Shown: positions 50,462-60,296 of the stretch, piece after piece
How the letters are laid out: every line of letters starts with the position of its first letter
How positions within the stretch are numbered: the first letter of the stretch is position 1
Assembly: GCA_040285825.1 (NCBI GenBank)
Contig: JAUPSS010000003.1
Span: forward strand, 62,001-126,000
Length of the DNA: 64,000 nucleotides
Direction of reading: 5' to 3'
Source: Eukaryota sp. TZLM1-RC
Lineage: Eukaryota > Protista > Metamonada: BaSk clade
Translations under genes and position numbers: made by a program
Notes under the pieces: model-generated
Database searches by the model: none
The model's input: the letters and a program-made list of their open reading frames with translations, nothing else
Told to the model about the DNA's origin: nothing

Positions 50462-50734
50462 CTGTGAATTTCACTTATCATGCATTCCCTTGTGAAATTC
50501 ACCCCTGTTTTCAACTTTCTCAATGTCTACTCACAGGCTGTAAGAGACATGTAGCATCATTTGACAAAGACAATCATGATCTTCATCAATGGGCTACCTC
50601 ACTTAAATAGACCTACTGCTTTCACAGAACAAAGCCTCGCGACTTGATGTATCTAAGTGGATCTACCAAATGCTACTAGGGCATTTGTAGATCGGTCTCA
50701 AAAGTTTTTGTTTCTGTATGCTCAGGTTCCCCGT
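50462..50734 (-). ncRNA. Putative omegaRNA scaffold, copy A
   Basis: Non-coding tail between the Fanzor stop and the element end; at least four hairpins; more conserved versus copy B than the ORF. Confidence 0.7.
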
Positions 50735-52413
50735 TCATCTTCTCAACAGAGCATCTGGGCAAATGTATCTTTCCGGCCACAATTCGGCTTTCTTCTTAAT
50801 TTGAATATTTTTTGCAGCGGAAATATCGCTGTCATATACTATTTGACACTCAGTACAAATACGCATCTGCCATGAGCCTGCTTGAATATTCTCGGCCATG
50901 CAACAACTTGACAGTTTGCTTGTATTAAATTCACTGGTTGACAAGTGCTTCACGTCCTTTTGATAACACAACCATTTTCTGAAAGCCCTTGCTGATCCAT
51001 ATCGATTGACTTTTCGGCAATGAGAAGGGAAATTAGCAGAACCCACAGCAAGATAGAGTTTATCAGGATGTCCAGCCAACCTTTGAAATTTGTTGAGACT
51101 CTCTCTGAACTGTCTCTCTTTTCGTCTGCGGTTATCAAATTTAATTATTTTCCATTTCTGGCGATTACTTTCCAAATACACTTTCCTCCTGACCAAATTC
51201 CAATGGTTCAAATATTGGTTGAAATTTTGAACGGAATATTGGTTGGGAGAGTGTTTACTGGGTGAAGGTTTTGTCATGTATCTTCTGCCAGTTGGACAAG
51301 GGATAACTCCACATTGATTATCATTTAAGAAGTAACCACATAATCTTGATTGGCCAAGATCAACGCCGATAAGGGGGCTTTCAGGTAAAATTTCGACTGG
51401 ATGTCTACGTCTTCGACGGGGCATTTTTTAGTACCCTTCAACTGTGTTTCTCTGGTTTTGTTGGCATTAGGGTCACTTTTCATTTCATTTTTTGATCTTC
51501 TTTTCTTTTTCGGTGGTTCATCCAGCTCATCTGTGTTTTCTGAGTCATTAGTTTTACCTTCAAAGGTCAAAAGCAGTTCATTACCATTAGTTTTCAATAA
51601 AATTTTGTTAAATCTATTTTTCAAACTTTTTCTGTTGATATTGAATTTTTGGTAAGGACATTGTTTGAATACTCGTTTCAGACATGTATTTTTGATAAAC
51701 TTTGTTTTGGAAGATGATCCTTCAATAATTGGAAATTTTTTCACAGAGTGGAAAATTTGTGAAGGTACCTCAATAAATTTAGAACCTTTATGAGAAGCTA
51801 AAGGTATTATTCTAAATTTCTTCCAGCAATGCATATGAGAAAAGAAAGTGAGTAAGTATTGTGAAATTTTAAGATTGAAGAGAAAAAGCTCACTAATTTC
51901 CTTTGATGAAAAAGTGATTTTATCATGTGAGGACAGTAGGGAGGCAGTGGTAGGAAATCTGTGAAAGAGATTCAAGATAAACTTACATGCATTCAATAAA
52001 AAAAATCTTTCTCTTGAATTATTCAAATTGAAATTGATGAGGTATTCAAGAACAGAATCAACTACTACTTCCTCGGGTTGGGCTAGTGGTTCATCTGGCA
52101 AAAGTGAAAGAATATTATTTGCAAAGACATTTGTTTTATCCAGGGCTCTACAATGAGCACGAATAAAGTTTTTTGTCCAGGATTGACAAATTTTAGGTAA
52201 ACTTGTCTTAACGTTGAAGGCCAATTGACGAGCCCGACAAGCAAGGTAAGGAGAAAGCCCTTTTCTATTGATAAAATTACAGTTCTGGGACTGCAGCCAA
52301 TCATTGAGGAAAAGATTGAATGAATTTCTGTAAGGCACTAAAGAATTTTCCCACACAGAAACAAGAGACCTGTCTTGTGGGCATTCAGGAAGAAATCCAT
52401 TGTAAAAGATATG
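50735..52413 (-). CDS. Fanzor1-like RNA-guided nuclease, central and RuvC part (1-nt frameshift near 51425)
   Basis: RuvC-I 'LIGVDLG', rearranged RuvC-II 'YLAVGSANF...SEFNTSK', Zn finger 'CC...CTEC', RuvC-III 'DSDISAAKNI'; copy B is 1 nt longer and in frame across the shift. Confidence 0.9.
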
Positions 52414-52567
52414 TGATGGTCTTGGCTGTTGGTTATTGTCTGACATACAATGTAGAGTAACAGAAGTGTAATTTATTACGAAGAGGAATTGTATTCTCTC
52501 TTCTTAAGCTAACAGGCGGAATACTAATAACTAAACTATTAACTATAAATACTATTCAAGACTAACA
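52414..52567 (-). repeat. 3' LTR (154 bp)
   Basis: Identical to 59656-59809. Confidence 0.97.
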
Positions 52568-54097
52568 CTGCCTTTTCCTCTCTTTCGAGCGACGAGCCCT
52601 GGAAGCTCTAGTCACAGGAGGTGAACTAATGGAAATATGACGCTTCTTGGGAGGAGCGGATTTAGTACGGCGACGTGCTTTTGAAGTCTTGATAAAGTCT
52701 TTATACGCGGCAGTATTTTGGACTGTAGACACATGTTCGGTGGTGATCTCTTTTCCAGGCCATTGCACTTGGCAAAAGTCACCATCCTGACTGAGCACTT
52801 TTTCAATGATGTGTTCTTCGACATCACCTGCAGCGACCCAGGAGTGGAACTCATCGTTGGTGGGCAAGCTGGAGTGCCAGGGTGCTAAATGTTTGACGCT
52901 AGCTTGGACAATCGTACCTGTGCAGAGATTCTTAATATTCACAGACGAATTGGATACGATTTCAGTAATTAGGAAGGGTCCTAAATAGTCTCCATGAAGC
53001 TTAGCGGAAGAGCCAGATGCTCTCAATACCAATTGACCAACTTCAAAAGGGTTTGGAGTTGACGATCTAGTTAGCTTGGAAGCTTTGGAAGCTTGATGGT
53101 GTGCTGCCTTTTCCTGTTTCTCTTTCAATCTTCGAAATTTAGATTGAATTTCTTGAATAAAAGATGACTCAGACGTAGAGCTTTCAATGATTTCAAGAAT
53201 TTTGCCAGGGTCTGATCTGGGAGACACATCTGAGCCAAAGATCACTTGGTATGGGGTGTGGTTGGTAATTGAGCTCTTGGAAGAGTTGATCAATAATTGC
53301 ACATAAGGCAAGTATTCAGACCACACATCGTAGGCATTGAAGTCTACGAGCAATTTCCGTAGGTTTTGCAGGATGTCTCTGTGTCGGCGCTCTACCAGGC
53401 CGTTGGACGGAGAAAACCTAGGTATTGACTTTGACACCTCTATGCCCAAAAATTTGCTTAATTCGTCAAAGACAGCCTTGGAAAATTCGGGTCCATTATC
53501 GCTGTGGATTTGAAATGGAATACCAAAGATGGCACAGACTTTCCAAATTAATGCATCTGCAGTAAGATTGGCATTTATCTCTTTTAAAGGCACGATGATC
53601 GTGAACCTAGAGAAGCTGTCAATAAATACGAGGATGTATTTGTAGCCTTCTTGATCTTCTGGAAGAGGACCAATGACGTCGGCGTTGACGCGAGCAAAAG
53701 GTCTGTCAGCCCACAATGAACCGGTTGGGGGAACATGCAGTTTGGGAATTGGCTTTGTTTTCTGACAGGAGGGGCATTCTTGGACGTGCTTATTCATGTC
53801 GGTGAGCATGTTTGGCCACCAATAATCGCTGTTCCTGAGCTTGTTCAGGCTTTCAGCTTTGCTTGGATGACCTCCTTGCAGAAGTCCATGCAACAAGTTA
53901 AGGGTGTCCTTAGTGATTGATTTGGGAATCACTATCTTGTTGTCGTGAGTCATATATAAATCAAGATGATTGTTATGAACACAGTTGTTGAAAGAGGGGT
54001 CTTTGGAAGCTATGGCAAGCTTCTGTTCGGACCTAATCCTACAGAGCCATGGCTCGAAAATAGGCAGATCGTTGGAACATCGTTCTCTGATGACCAT
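52562..54097 (-). CDS. Integrase with C-terminal chromodomain-like module
   Basis: HHCC, 'ADVIGP', 'SDNGPEF', 'NGLVERRH', 'GPF', 'HIIEKVL..QVQWPG'. Confidence 0.92.
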   Translation of the reverse strand: MVIRERCSNDLPIFEPWLCRIRSEQKLAIASKDPSFNNCVHNNHLDLYMTHDNKIVIPKSITKDTLNLLHGLLQGGHPSKAESLNKLRNSDYWWPNMLTDMNKHVQECPSCQKTKPIPKLHVPPTGSLWADRPFARVNADVIGPLPEDQEGYKYILVFIDSFSRFTIIVPLKEINANLTADALIWKVCAIFGIPFQIHSDNGPEFSKAVFDELSKFLGIEVSKSIPRFSPSNGLVERRHRDILQNLRKLLVDFNAYDVWSEYLPYVQLLINSSKSSITNHTPYQVIFGSDVSPRSDPGKILEIIESSTSESSFIQEIQSKFRRLKEKQEKAAHHQASKASKLTRSSTPNPFEVGQLVLRASGSSAKLHGDYLGPFLITEIVSNSSVNIKNLCTGTIVQASVKHLAPWHSSLPTNDEFHSWVAAGDVEEHIIEKVLSQDGDFCQVQWPGKEITTEHVSTVQNTAAYKDFIKTSKARRRTKSAPPKKRHISISSPPVTRASRARRSKERKRQC

Positions 54098-54127
54098 GAT
54101 ACGTTCGAAGTTGTTTAAGTCTTCGAT

Positions 54128-56284
54128 TTAGTATCTTTCATTTTCTGTTCCATCAATTTTATCAATGTAAAATATTGGATGAAAATTTGGAGGCATTTGA
54201 TGGGACAAATGATTGATCTCTTGATGGTCTATAGGCGGAACTATTCGAGACAACATATCAGCCCAGAAGTTATCTTCCCCTTTGGTATGTACCAAATCAA
54301 AGCAGAATTCAGAGAATATGGGTAACCATCTTGTTACAACTCTGTTCTTCTCAGGAGCCGTGAACATGTAGGTAAGGTTTTGATGGTCTGTGAATATAAC
54401 CAGTTTCCTTCCTTTCAAGTAGTTTTCAAAACCACTTTGAGTTAACATGAGTAGGATAGCATAGAGTTCCTTTTGGTTTGTCGGCCAGTTCTTTTGCGAG
54501 TTGGTTAACAACCGGCTGAAGAAGCTGATAGGCCTACATTTCCTGTTGATCAGGGGGGTAACGGGGTCGTCGACTTGTTCGATTTGTTCCCATATGACGC
54601 CGCCTACAGCAATGTCGGATGCATCGCAACTAATTAAAATTTGGTTTTCCAGCGGAGGTAAGCTGAGCGGCATGTGCTTCACTATCAGTTGTTTGATCTT
54701 TTGAAGGAGTCCGTCGTGCATGTCGGTCCATTGAAGGCGTTGCGCGCGGGGTTTGGGTTTAACTTTGGAGTTATTTCCATCCTTCTTAGTCAATCTGATG
54801 ATAGGAGCGATGAGCTCAGATACCTGAGGAGGCCATTTTCTAATGAAGTTGACTGATCCTACGAGGCTGCGGACGTCTTTGATTGTCTTTGGTCTAGGTA
54901 GATTCAGCAAAGATTCAACGCGAGTGGGATCGATAGTCCGTTGTTTGTTTTGGAAAACACTGCCCAGTATCTTGATTGGGTGTCTGGAAGACACGAAATG
55001 GCACTTTGGAAGCCCCAAGGAAACTCTTTTGCATCTGGCTTGATCAAGGACGCGACGGAGGCGTTCAATGAATTCGTCAAAGGTTGAACCTATGATTATG
55101 ATGTCATCTATGTAAATGAAGACACCGTCTTCCGAGAAGATGTCAGCCATGACGTTTTGGAATACGGCTGGGACATTCTTTAGGCCAAAAGCTGCACGTT
55201 TGAACATGATGCTTTTGCCAGGAATGCTCAGGGCTGTTTTCTGCCAATCCTTTTCGGCAATTTGGAGTTGCCAAAAGGCTTTGGGGAGGTCAAGGGTGCC
55301 TATGTAGTTCGCTTGGGAGAGAAATACCAGCACGTCGGAGATCCTTGGAAGGTTGGGCTCAACAGGAATGGTGTTGGCGTTGACTCCGTCCTTGCCACTA
55401 TAATCACCGGTAAAGCGGGGCTTACGGTGATCTGGGTAGACCACTAGACAGACAGGGGAGCTGAACTCATGGTTCGATGGGACAGCAAATCCTGAGTCTA
55501 TGAGTTCGTCGAAAATTTGGTTAGCGACCTCTAGCCTGGCTGGATTCAGGGTCCTGGTGGGTCTTCTAACTCTGACGTCTTCATTGTAGAAGTTGATTTC
55601 CATGGGAGAGCAATCAATACCTTCAGCATGAGGCTTGAGGGTGAATACGTCTTCGAACTCTTTCAAAGTTTGAAGTAGGGACTTCTTGAAATGGTCGTTG
55701 TCGAGGTTGATGGTACAACCAGATGAGTTGATGTGTTCCAACCAACGTGTGGAAACGTTGACGACTTCTGAAGCTTGCGATATTCGATGGTCGAATTCGG
55801 CTTCAGGTAATAGTAATGTACGACAGGCGTCGTCCATTCTAATATAAATGCCCTTGTTGTTCATCAGCCCAAGGTGACTCAACAAGTCAGCACCAATGAG
55901 AATGGTCTCGTGTCCAGGAACGATGCTGAACTTGTGTTTCACGTGTACAATCTGGGTAACACTACTTAGTCTAATGCTAAGGGTTCCAGAAGCAGTACCA
56001 AGGGACTGTGAGGTAGTTCCATCAGCAATCTTGTATGATATGGTTTCGTTGGACCGTGCCATGTTACAATTACTGATGACGTCTTCCGTGACTACTGAGC
56101 ATGTTGCACCAGAGTCAATTATGCCTTTAACTTCGACATTGTTGATCAAGAAGTTTAATTGTAGGCAGTTGGTTGTGGACTTTATGGTTTGTACCATGAA
56201 TATTGTATCCGAATCGTATTCAGCTTGTTCTGAGAAGAAATTAGCTTGAATGTTGTGTGTCTTGGTATGTTCCAAGTTGGCCAA
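54128..56284 (-). CDS. Pol: aspartic protease, RT, RNase H
   Basis: 'IDSGA', 'AAFGLKN', 'YIDD', 'CDASD', 'KELYAI', 'TDH', 'WADMLSR'. Confidence 0.95.
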   Translation of the reverse strand: MANLEHTKTHNIQANFFSEQAEYDSDTIFMVQTIKSTTNCLQLNFLINNVEVKGIIDSGATCSVVTEDVISNCNMARSNETISYKIADGTTSQSLGTASGTLSIRLSSVTQIVHVKHKFSIVPGHETILIGADLLSHLGLMNNKGIYIRMDDACRTLLLPEAEFDHRISQASEVVNVSTRWLEHINSSGCTINLDNDHFKKSLLQTLKEFEDVFTLKPHAEGIDCSPMEINFYNEDVRVRRPTRTLNPARLEVANQIFDELIDSGFAVPSNHEFSSPVCLVVYPDHRKPRFTGDYSGKDGVNANTIPVEPNLPRISDVLVFLSQANYIGTLDLPKAFWQLQIAEKDWQKTALSIPGKSIMFKRAAFGLKNVPAVFQNVMADIFSEDGVFIYIDDIIIIGSTFDEFIERLRRVLDQARCKRVSLGLPKCHFVSSRHPIKILGSVFQNKQRTIDPTRVESLLNLPRPKTIKDVRSLVGSVNFIRKWPPQVSELIAPIIRLTKKDGNNSKVKPKPRAQRLQWTDMHDGLLQKIKQLIVKHMPLSLPPLENQILISCDASDIAVGGVIWEQIEQVDDPVTPLINRKCRPISFFSRLLTNSQKNWPTNQKELYAILLMLTQSGFENYLKGRKLVIFTDHQNLTYMFTAPEKNRVVTRWLPIFSEFCFDLVHTKGEDNFWADMLSRIVPPIDHQEINHLSHQMPPNFHPIFYIDKIDGTENERY

Positions 56285-56292
56285 AGGATCGA

Positions 56293-59200
56293 TTAGGGAA
56301 TCTTTCCATGTTGTGTTTTCTGTGTGGGAATTTGTTGTAGTTGTAGGGGGTATGGTTTCAAAACTGCGTAAATAGTGACGGGAACGTTTATTATATGATG
56401 AAGAGCCTCAGCCTCTGCCGCGAGTGCCTCTTCGACAACGGAAACCAGAACCTCTAGAACCTCTGCCTCGAGCTTGATGTTGAGCTTGTTGCTCTCTCCA
56501 CTTTTTGCTTCTTTGGCAGTCCTCACTAGGGCACCTTTCAGTCGGATGACCCATTTGTTTACAGAAATTGCATTGGACGTTGGGATCAGACTGAGTGGAA
56601 GACGGTTGAGTAGAGCTTCCTTCTCGTCGTTGTTGTTTGGGCGCCTGTCAGAGCTGGAACCTCTTGGTTTGGGGATAGCAGGGGGAGAAGGTACCGTCTG
56701 TCTGCAACAGTTCTCAGTCTGAAACGAGATTCTATTTTGATACAAGAAGTCCACGTGATTGATCTGCTCCTTAAAAGATCTAGCATTACAGAAATTTTCG
56801 TATTCTATTTGGAGAACACTGAAAAATTCTCCTAGGGTGTGGCCATCTGAGTAGTAATGGGAGGGATTGGACCAGATCCTGAGGAGTCTGTCCCTGATGA
56901 TGGTAATACCGATGCTTTCAATGACGTGAGAAGCAAATTCCCATTCGGGGAGTCGGTCGACGGGGTTTCCGTGGATGGTGATGTTTCTCATTTGATGAGT
57001 CAGACCGCGAACGTCTTGGATAGCGGTGGAACGCGTTAAGACTCTGCCTATGTTAAGCATGAAGTCTATCCATCTGTTACCATAATCTCTCTCAGACCAA
57101 TCCATGTGTACAGCATGAAGTGCGTCCAGGGCTTGATCCAGTCTACTGAATTGGGTTCTCCTTAGGATCTGTTCCCAAATGTTGCGTTCGTCTTTGCTGG
57201 TTGGGACCATGGCGGAGGAAATTGAAAGGCCAGTGCCTTGATACCTTAAAGCGTTGAGAGCTTCAGGTGTAACGCATTCAGCTAAGCCTTTAGGACTAAT
57301 GCGCATGGCAGATCTGAAAAGATCCCATTCATGAATTGGTTCACTGTCGAACCGTTGGTCAGATGCCAGTTCTGCTGATCTAGCTCGTTCAAGTTCTTCA
57401 CGAAGTCTAGCAACTTCGCTGGCTAAAGCAACTTGGGCAGGATCCTCGATGTTGCCTCGAGCCTCGTCTACAATTCTATCTGTACGACTCCAGAGGATAA
57501 ACTTGTTAACAAACTTGAGGAGTTTATCAACATCCATTAAATCAGTCGCGTTGAGAGTTGGACGTTTGGGGCGGTCTCTGCGTCTGTTGTTTCTATCTCT
57601 TGATCCCACCATGGAAGATAGGAGAAGGTTACTATCGTAAGTACCTGAGAAAATAGAACGTGAAGAACTAACCGTAGAAGGTGTTGGTTGAGCCGTGTGT
57701 TGTGAACTTGTTGAACCAGTGGAAGGAGGTGTGGGTGGAACCACTGATTGTTCCATCGGCTGTGCAGGTGCTGGAGTTTGTTCCATTGGTGCTAGCACAG
57801 TTGGAATTGAGTCTGGAGTTGGGGACTCATCACTGACTTCTACTACAACATCCTCTTCAGTTTGTTCCATGGGAGGATTATGCGAGGGTTCTGTAGAAGT
57901 TTCCATAGGTTGATCTGTGGAAGGTGGAACTTCGCGTTGGTGAGGTTCAGGAGAAGGTTCTATCTCTTCAATCTGGGCTGGAACCTGGTAAGAAGAGATC
58001 GCTGGTTGAACCAAGCGTGTTTTCTCTATACGACCTTCTACCATTACCCACTTTAACATCCTGGATTCTATGCATCCAGGGAAAACGGTGACGAGCTGGA
58101 GGGCTCTTTGAAGATTGCCTGATCTTCTGTGGTCAGGACCACAATATGAAGCTATATGGTCAGGACGTCTGTCGTAAAGAAAGAGTCTTTCACCGTATGT
58201 AGTTTCGGTAAACCACCACCCTGTTCTATAATCTCTGTCGATAAGGATATCGAGAGATGCGTTGTACCCAGGGCTGAACCTAGGGTAGGGGCAAGGGTTG
58301 TGAACATTTAAGAAGAGGTTGTCTTCATCTCCAGCGAAGCGTCTGAATACTCCTTCTCGAGTAGTTCTCATGAACCTAACTCCGGGTCTTGGTTCGTGAG
58401 TTGGTTTTGGGTCATTCCTGGAGGTTTCTGGGGTGATCCTTTCATCGGTAAGAAATGGACCTATTCTGGGAGAGATCCATAATCCTAAGTCGTTCTCGAC
58501 TTTGGGACCGTAGAAAGGAGGCCGTTTGTTGCTCATCTCCGTGGGAGGGATGGCTTCTGGATCCTCTGGAATGACTCGTGTGTCCCTATATCTAGCGTAA
58601 GGGTTGTGCTGACGGGAAGCACCATGATGAACACTTGAGCTAGCGTGGGAGCTAGTTTGAGAACGGGTAAGTTGAGCAGGTGTAGAGGATGTTCCTCTTC
58701 TAGCTTCAATCTCTCTGTCCAATCTTTTTCTGTGTTCCCAGTTTCGTTCTTCTTGGAGGAAACGCTCTATATATTCTTTAGAGACCTCACCAGGAATTTT
58801 GTCAATTTCAGAAGAAGGTGCCGTGGGAGGGACCTGATGTTGAGGTAGAGGGGAGAATTCCTTGGGAGGTTCCTCGTACTCAACCAAATCTGAAAAGATT
58901 TGTTCGTACCTTTTCCTTTGCTCTTCGGAAAGATACGAAGGAAGGTTCGAAAGGCTAGGAATGGAATCACTAGCCTGGTGAGGGGAAACAGACAGATTAT
59001 TAACTCCACTAACTGTTGAAGTTAGAGGAGATCCTGAAGTTGGAACAGCAGGATTTTGGATAGTTCTCCTAACAGTTGGAACTGGAGGGAGAAACTGTTG
59101 AGAGTGAGAGGGTGGAACCTCAGAACTAGATGAAAGGGATGAAGATGGTACTTCAATGGCCTTTGTAGAGGAGGAAGAGGGTTGATCTTCTAATCCTTCC

Positions 59201-59688
59201 TTTGACGCGAGAGAAGGTTGAACAGTCTCTCTGTTCTGAGTAGAAGGTGAAGATGGTACTTCAGAACTTCTTTCAGGGAGGGAAGAAGATGGGACTTCAG
59301 ACGCCCTTAAATGTGAAGGAGGGAGAGGAGCAACGGAATCCTCAGCATCTTCATCGTCGTAGGAGACTAATGAAGGGCTTCTTCCTTCCGAAGGAATAGA
59401 ATCCTTAGGAGGGTTGTCTCCTTCCACAGGAACGGAATCCAGAGGAGGGGAACTTCCTTCCATTGGAACGGAATCCTCAGGAAGGGAACTATTTTCCTTT
59501 GGGGTGGAACCCTCAGGACGAGTTGCTTCAGGAAGCGCAGAAGCTTCAACCGAAGAAGGAGGCATGGAAGCAGGGTCTGTGGTTAATGGTGAGGAAGAGG
59601 GACCAGTCTCTTCCTCAAGGATCCTACGTTGAGCCGGGGACGACCCAATACGTATTGATGGTCTTGGCTGTTGGTTATTGTCTGACAT
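56293..59688 (-). CDS. Large Ser/Pro-rich Gag-like protein (CCHC knuckle lies in the alternate frame near 56550)
   Basis: 1131-aa ORF starting inside the 5' LTR; the shifted frame gives 'CNFCKQMGHPTERC' and is in frame with pol. Confidence 0.8.
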   Translation of the reverse strand: MSDNNQQPRPSIRIGSSPAQRRILEEETGPSSSPLTTDPASMPPSSVEASALPEATRPEGSTPKENSSLPEDSVPMEGSSPPLDSVPVEGDNPPKDSIPSEGRSPSLVSYDDEDAEDSVAPLPPSHLRASEVPSSSLPERSSEVPSSPSTQNRETVQPSLASKEGLEDQPSSSSTKAIEVPSSSLSSSSEVPPSHSQQFLPPVPTVRRTIQNPAVPTSGSPLTSTVSGVNNLSVSPHQASDSIPSLSNLPSYLSEEQRKRYEQIFSDLVEYEEPPKEFSPLPQHQVPPTAPSSEIDKIPGEVSKEYIERFLQEERNWEHRKRLDREIEARRGTSSTPAQLTRSQTSSHASSSVHHGASRQHNPYARYRDTRVIPEDPEAIPPTEMSNKRPPFYGPKVENDLGLWISPRIGPFLTDERITPETSRNDPKPTHEPRPGVRFMRTTREGVFRRFAGDEDNLFLNVHNPCPYPRFSPGYNASLDILIDRDYRTGWWFTETTYGERLFLYDRRPDHIASYCGPDHRRSGNLQRALQLVTVFPGCIESRMLKWVMVEGRIEKTRLVQPAISSYQVPAQIEEIEPSPEPHQREVPPSTDQPMETSTEPSHNPPMEQTEEDVVVEVSDESPTPDSIPTVLAPMEQTPAPAQPMEQSVVPPTPPSTGSTSSQHTAQPTPSTVSSSRSIFSGTYDSNLLLSSMVGSRDRNNRRRDRPKRPTLNATDLMDVDKLLKFVNKFILWSRTDRIVDEARGNIEDPAQVALASEVARLREELERARSAELASDQRFDSEPIHEWDLFRSAMRISPKGLAECVTPEALNALRYQGTGLSISSAMVPTSKDERNIWEQILRRTQFSRLDQALDALHAVHMDWSERDYGNRWIDFMLNIGRVLTRSTAIQDVRGLTHQMRNITIHGNPVDRLPEWEFASHVIESIGITIIRDRLLRIWSNPSHYYSDGHTLGEFFSVLQIEYENFCNARSFKEQINHVDFLYQNRISFQTENCCRQTVPSPPAIPKPRGSSSDRRPNNNDEKEALLNRLPLSLIPTSNAISVNKWVIRLKGALVRTAKEAKSGESNKLNIKLEAEVLEVLVSVVEEALAAEAEALHHIINVPVTIYAVLKPYPLQLQQIPTQKTQHGKIP

Positions 59689-59809
59689 ACAATGTAGAGT
59701 AACAGAAGTGTAATTTATTACGAAGAGGAATTGTATTCTCTCTTCTTAAGCTAACAGGCGGAATACTAATAACTAAACTATTAACTATAAATACTATTCA
59801 AGACTAACA
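59656..59809 (-). repeat. 5' LTR (154 bp)
   Basis: Identical to 52414-52567. Confidence 0.97.
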
Positions 59810-60089
59810 TATGGAGTAATTGGCGTTGGCCTTTAGATGTGGAAGGCTTAGGAAAAGAACCAGTGGTGATGACGGTCATAAACAGATACCATACATCCTG
59901 TTCCACTAAAGCTCTAGATGCCAACGGAAAATTTAGAAGAAAAGATTGAAGTAATAAAGAAGCTTCATGACAAATCTCGGTGACCACAGGAAGGTCAGTC
60001 CGAATTTGTTGCACCGCTGCAGGGGTCAGCAGCGAGTTAAGTGCACAAGACCGAGTGAATACACGTGACACAGAGTGGGTGTCTGTCAT
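59810..60089 (-). CDS. N-terminal 93 aa of Fanzor copy A
   Basis: Joins in frame (..QLLH|IFYNGF..) to 52409 once the LTR element and one TSD are removed; matches 39550-39828. Confidence 0.88.
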
Positions 60090-60296
60090 GTAGTGAGAAT
60101 AAAGAGCTCATCTATCAAATTTTACACTTGTCACCCCATTTTCGACTTCTGGTTGCCTGTTCTGGGCGGTTTTTAACCCTCAACTTGGTTTTGGGAGGTT
60201 TTCACTATTCCCACACTTTCCCCTCACTTCATAAACTAGGTTCATAAACTAGGTGACCTTTGTAAAAGTTTCTGGAATTTCAACTCTATGTAACTC

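Larger units (their letters stand above)
52414..59809 (-). mobile_element. Full-length chromodomain Ty3/gypsy LTR retrotransposon, 7396 bp
   Basis: Identical 154-bp TG...CA LTRs; TSD TATG (52410-52413, 59810-59813), confirmed by the empty site in copy B near 39549; PPT AGAGAGGAAAAGGCAG; order gag-PR-RT-RH-INT. Confidence 0.97.
50462..60244 (-). mobile_element. Fanzor1 element family 1, copy A (2.38 kb once the 7.4-kb LTR insertion is removed)
   Basis: Collinear with 37512-39983; right end ...TTCACAG|TA; left homology ends at TA-N-GAACCTAG. Confidence 0.9.

Noticed and set aside
50462-50505. Helitron 3' end (hairpin + CTRR)
   Set aside because: The terminus is CACAG directly after the stem, not CTRR, and no Rep/helicase is present; a Helitron2-type origin is not fully excluded.
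51325-51440. Programmed frameshift or two-gene Fanzor
   Set aside because: Copy B has one extra base here and reads in frame, so this is a copy-specific deletion or an error.
54128-56410. Alternative genetic code explaining in-frame TAA/TGA
   Set aside because: Host genes (STI1, HID1, AATF) are long open frames in the standard code and end at TAG at their expected C-termini; the amidase ends at TGA and the RRM gene at TAA.
56474-59702. Short plus-strand ORFs within gag, and similar antisense ORFs elsewhere
   Set aside because: Shadows of real opposite-strand ORFs with no motifs.
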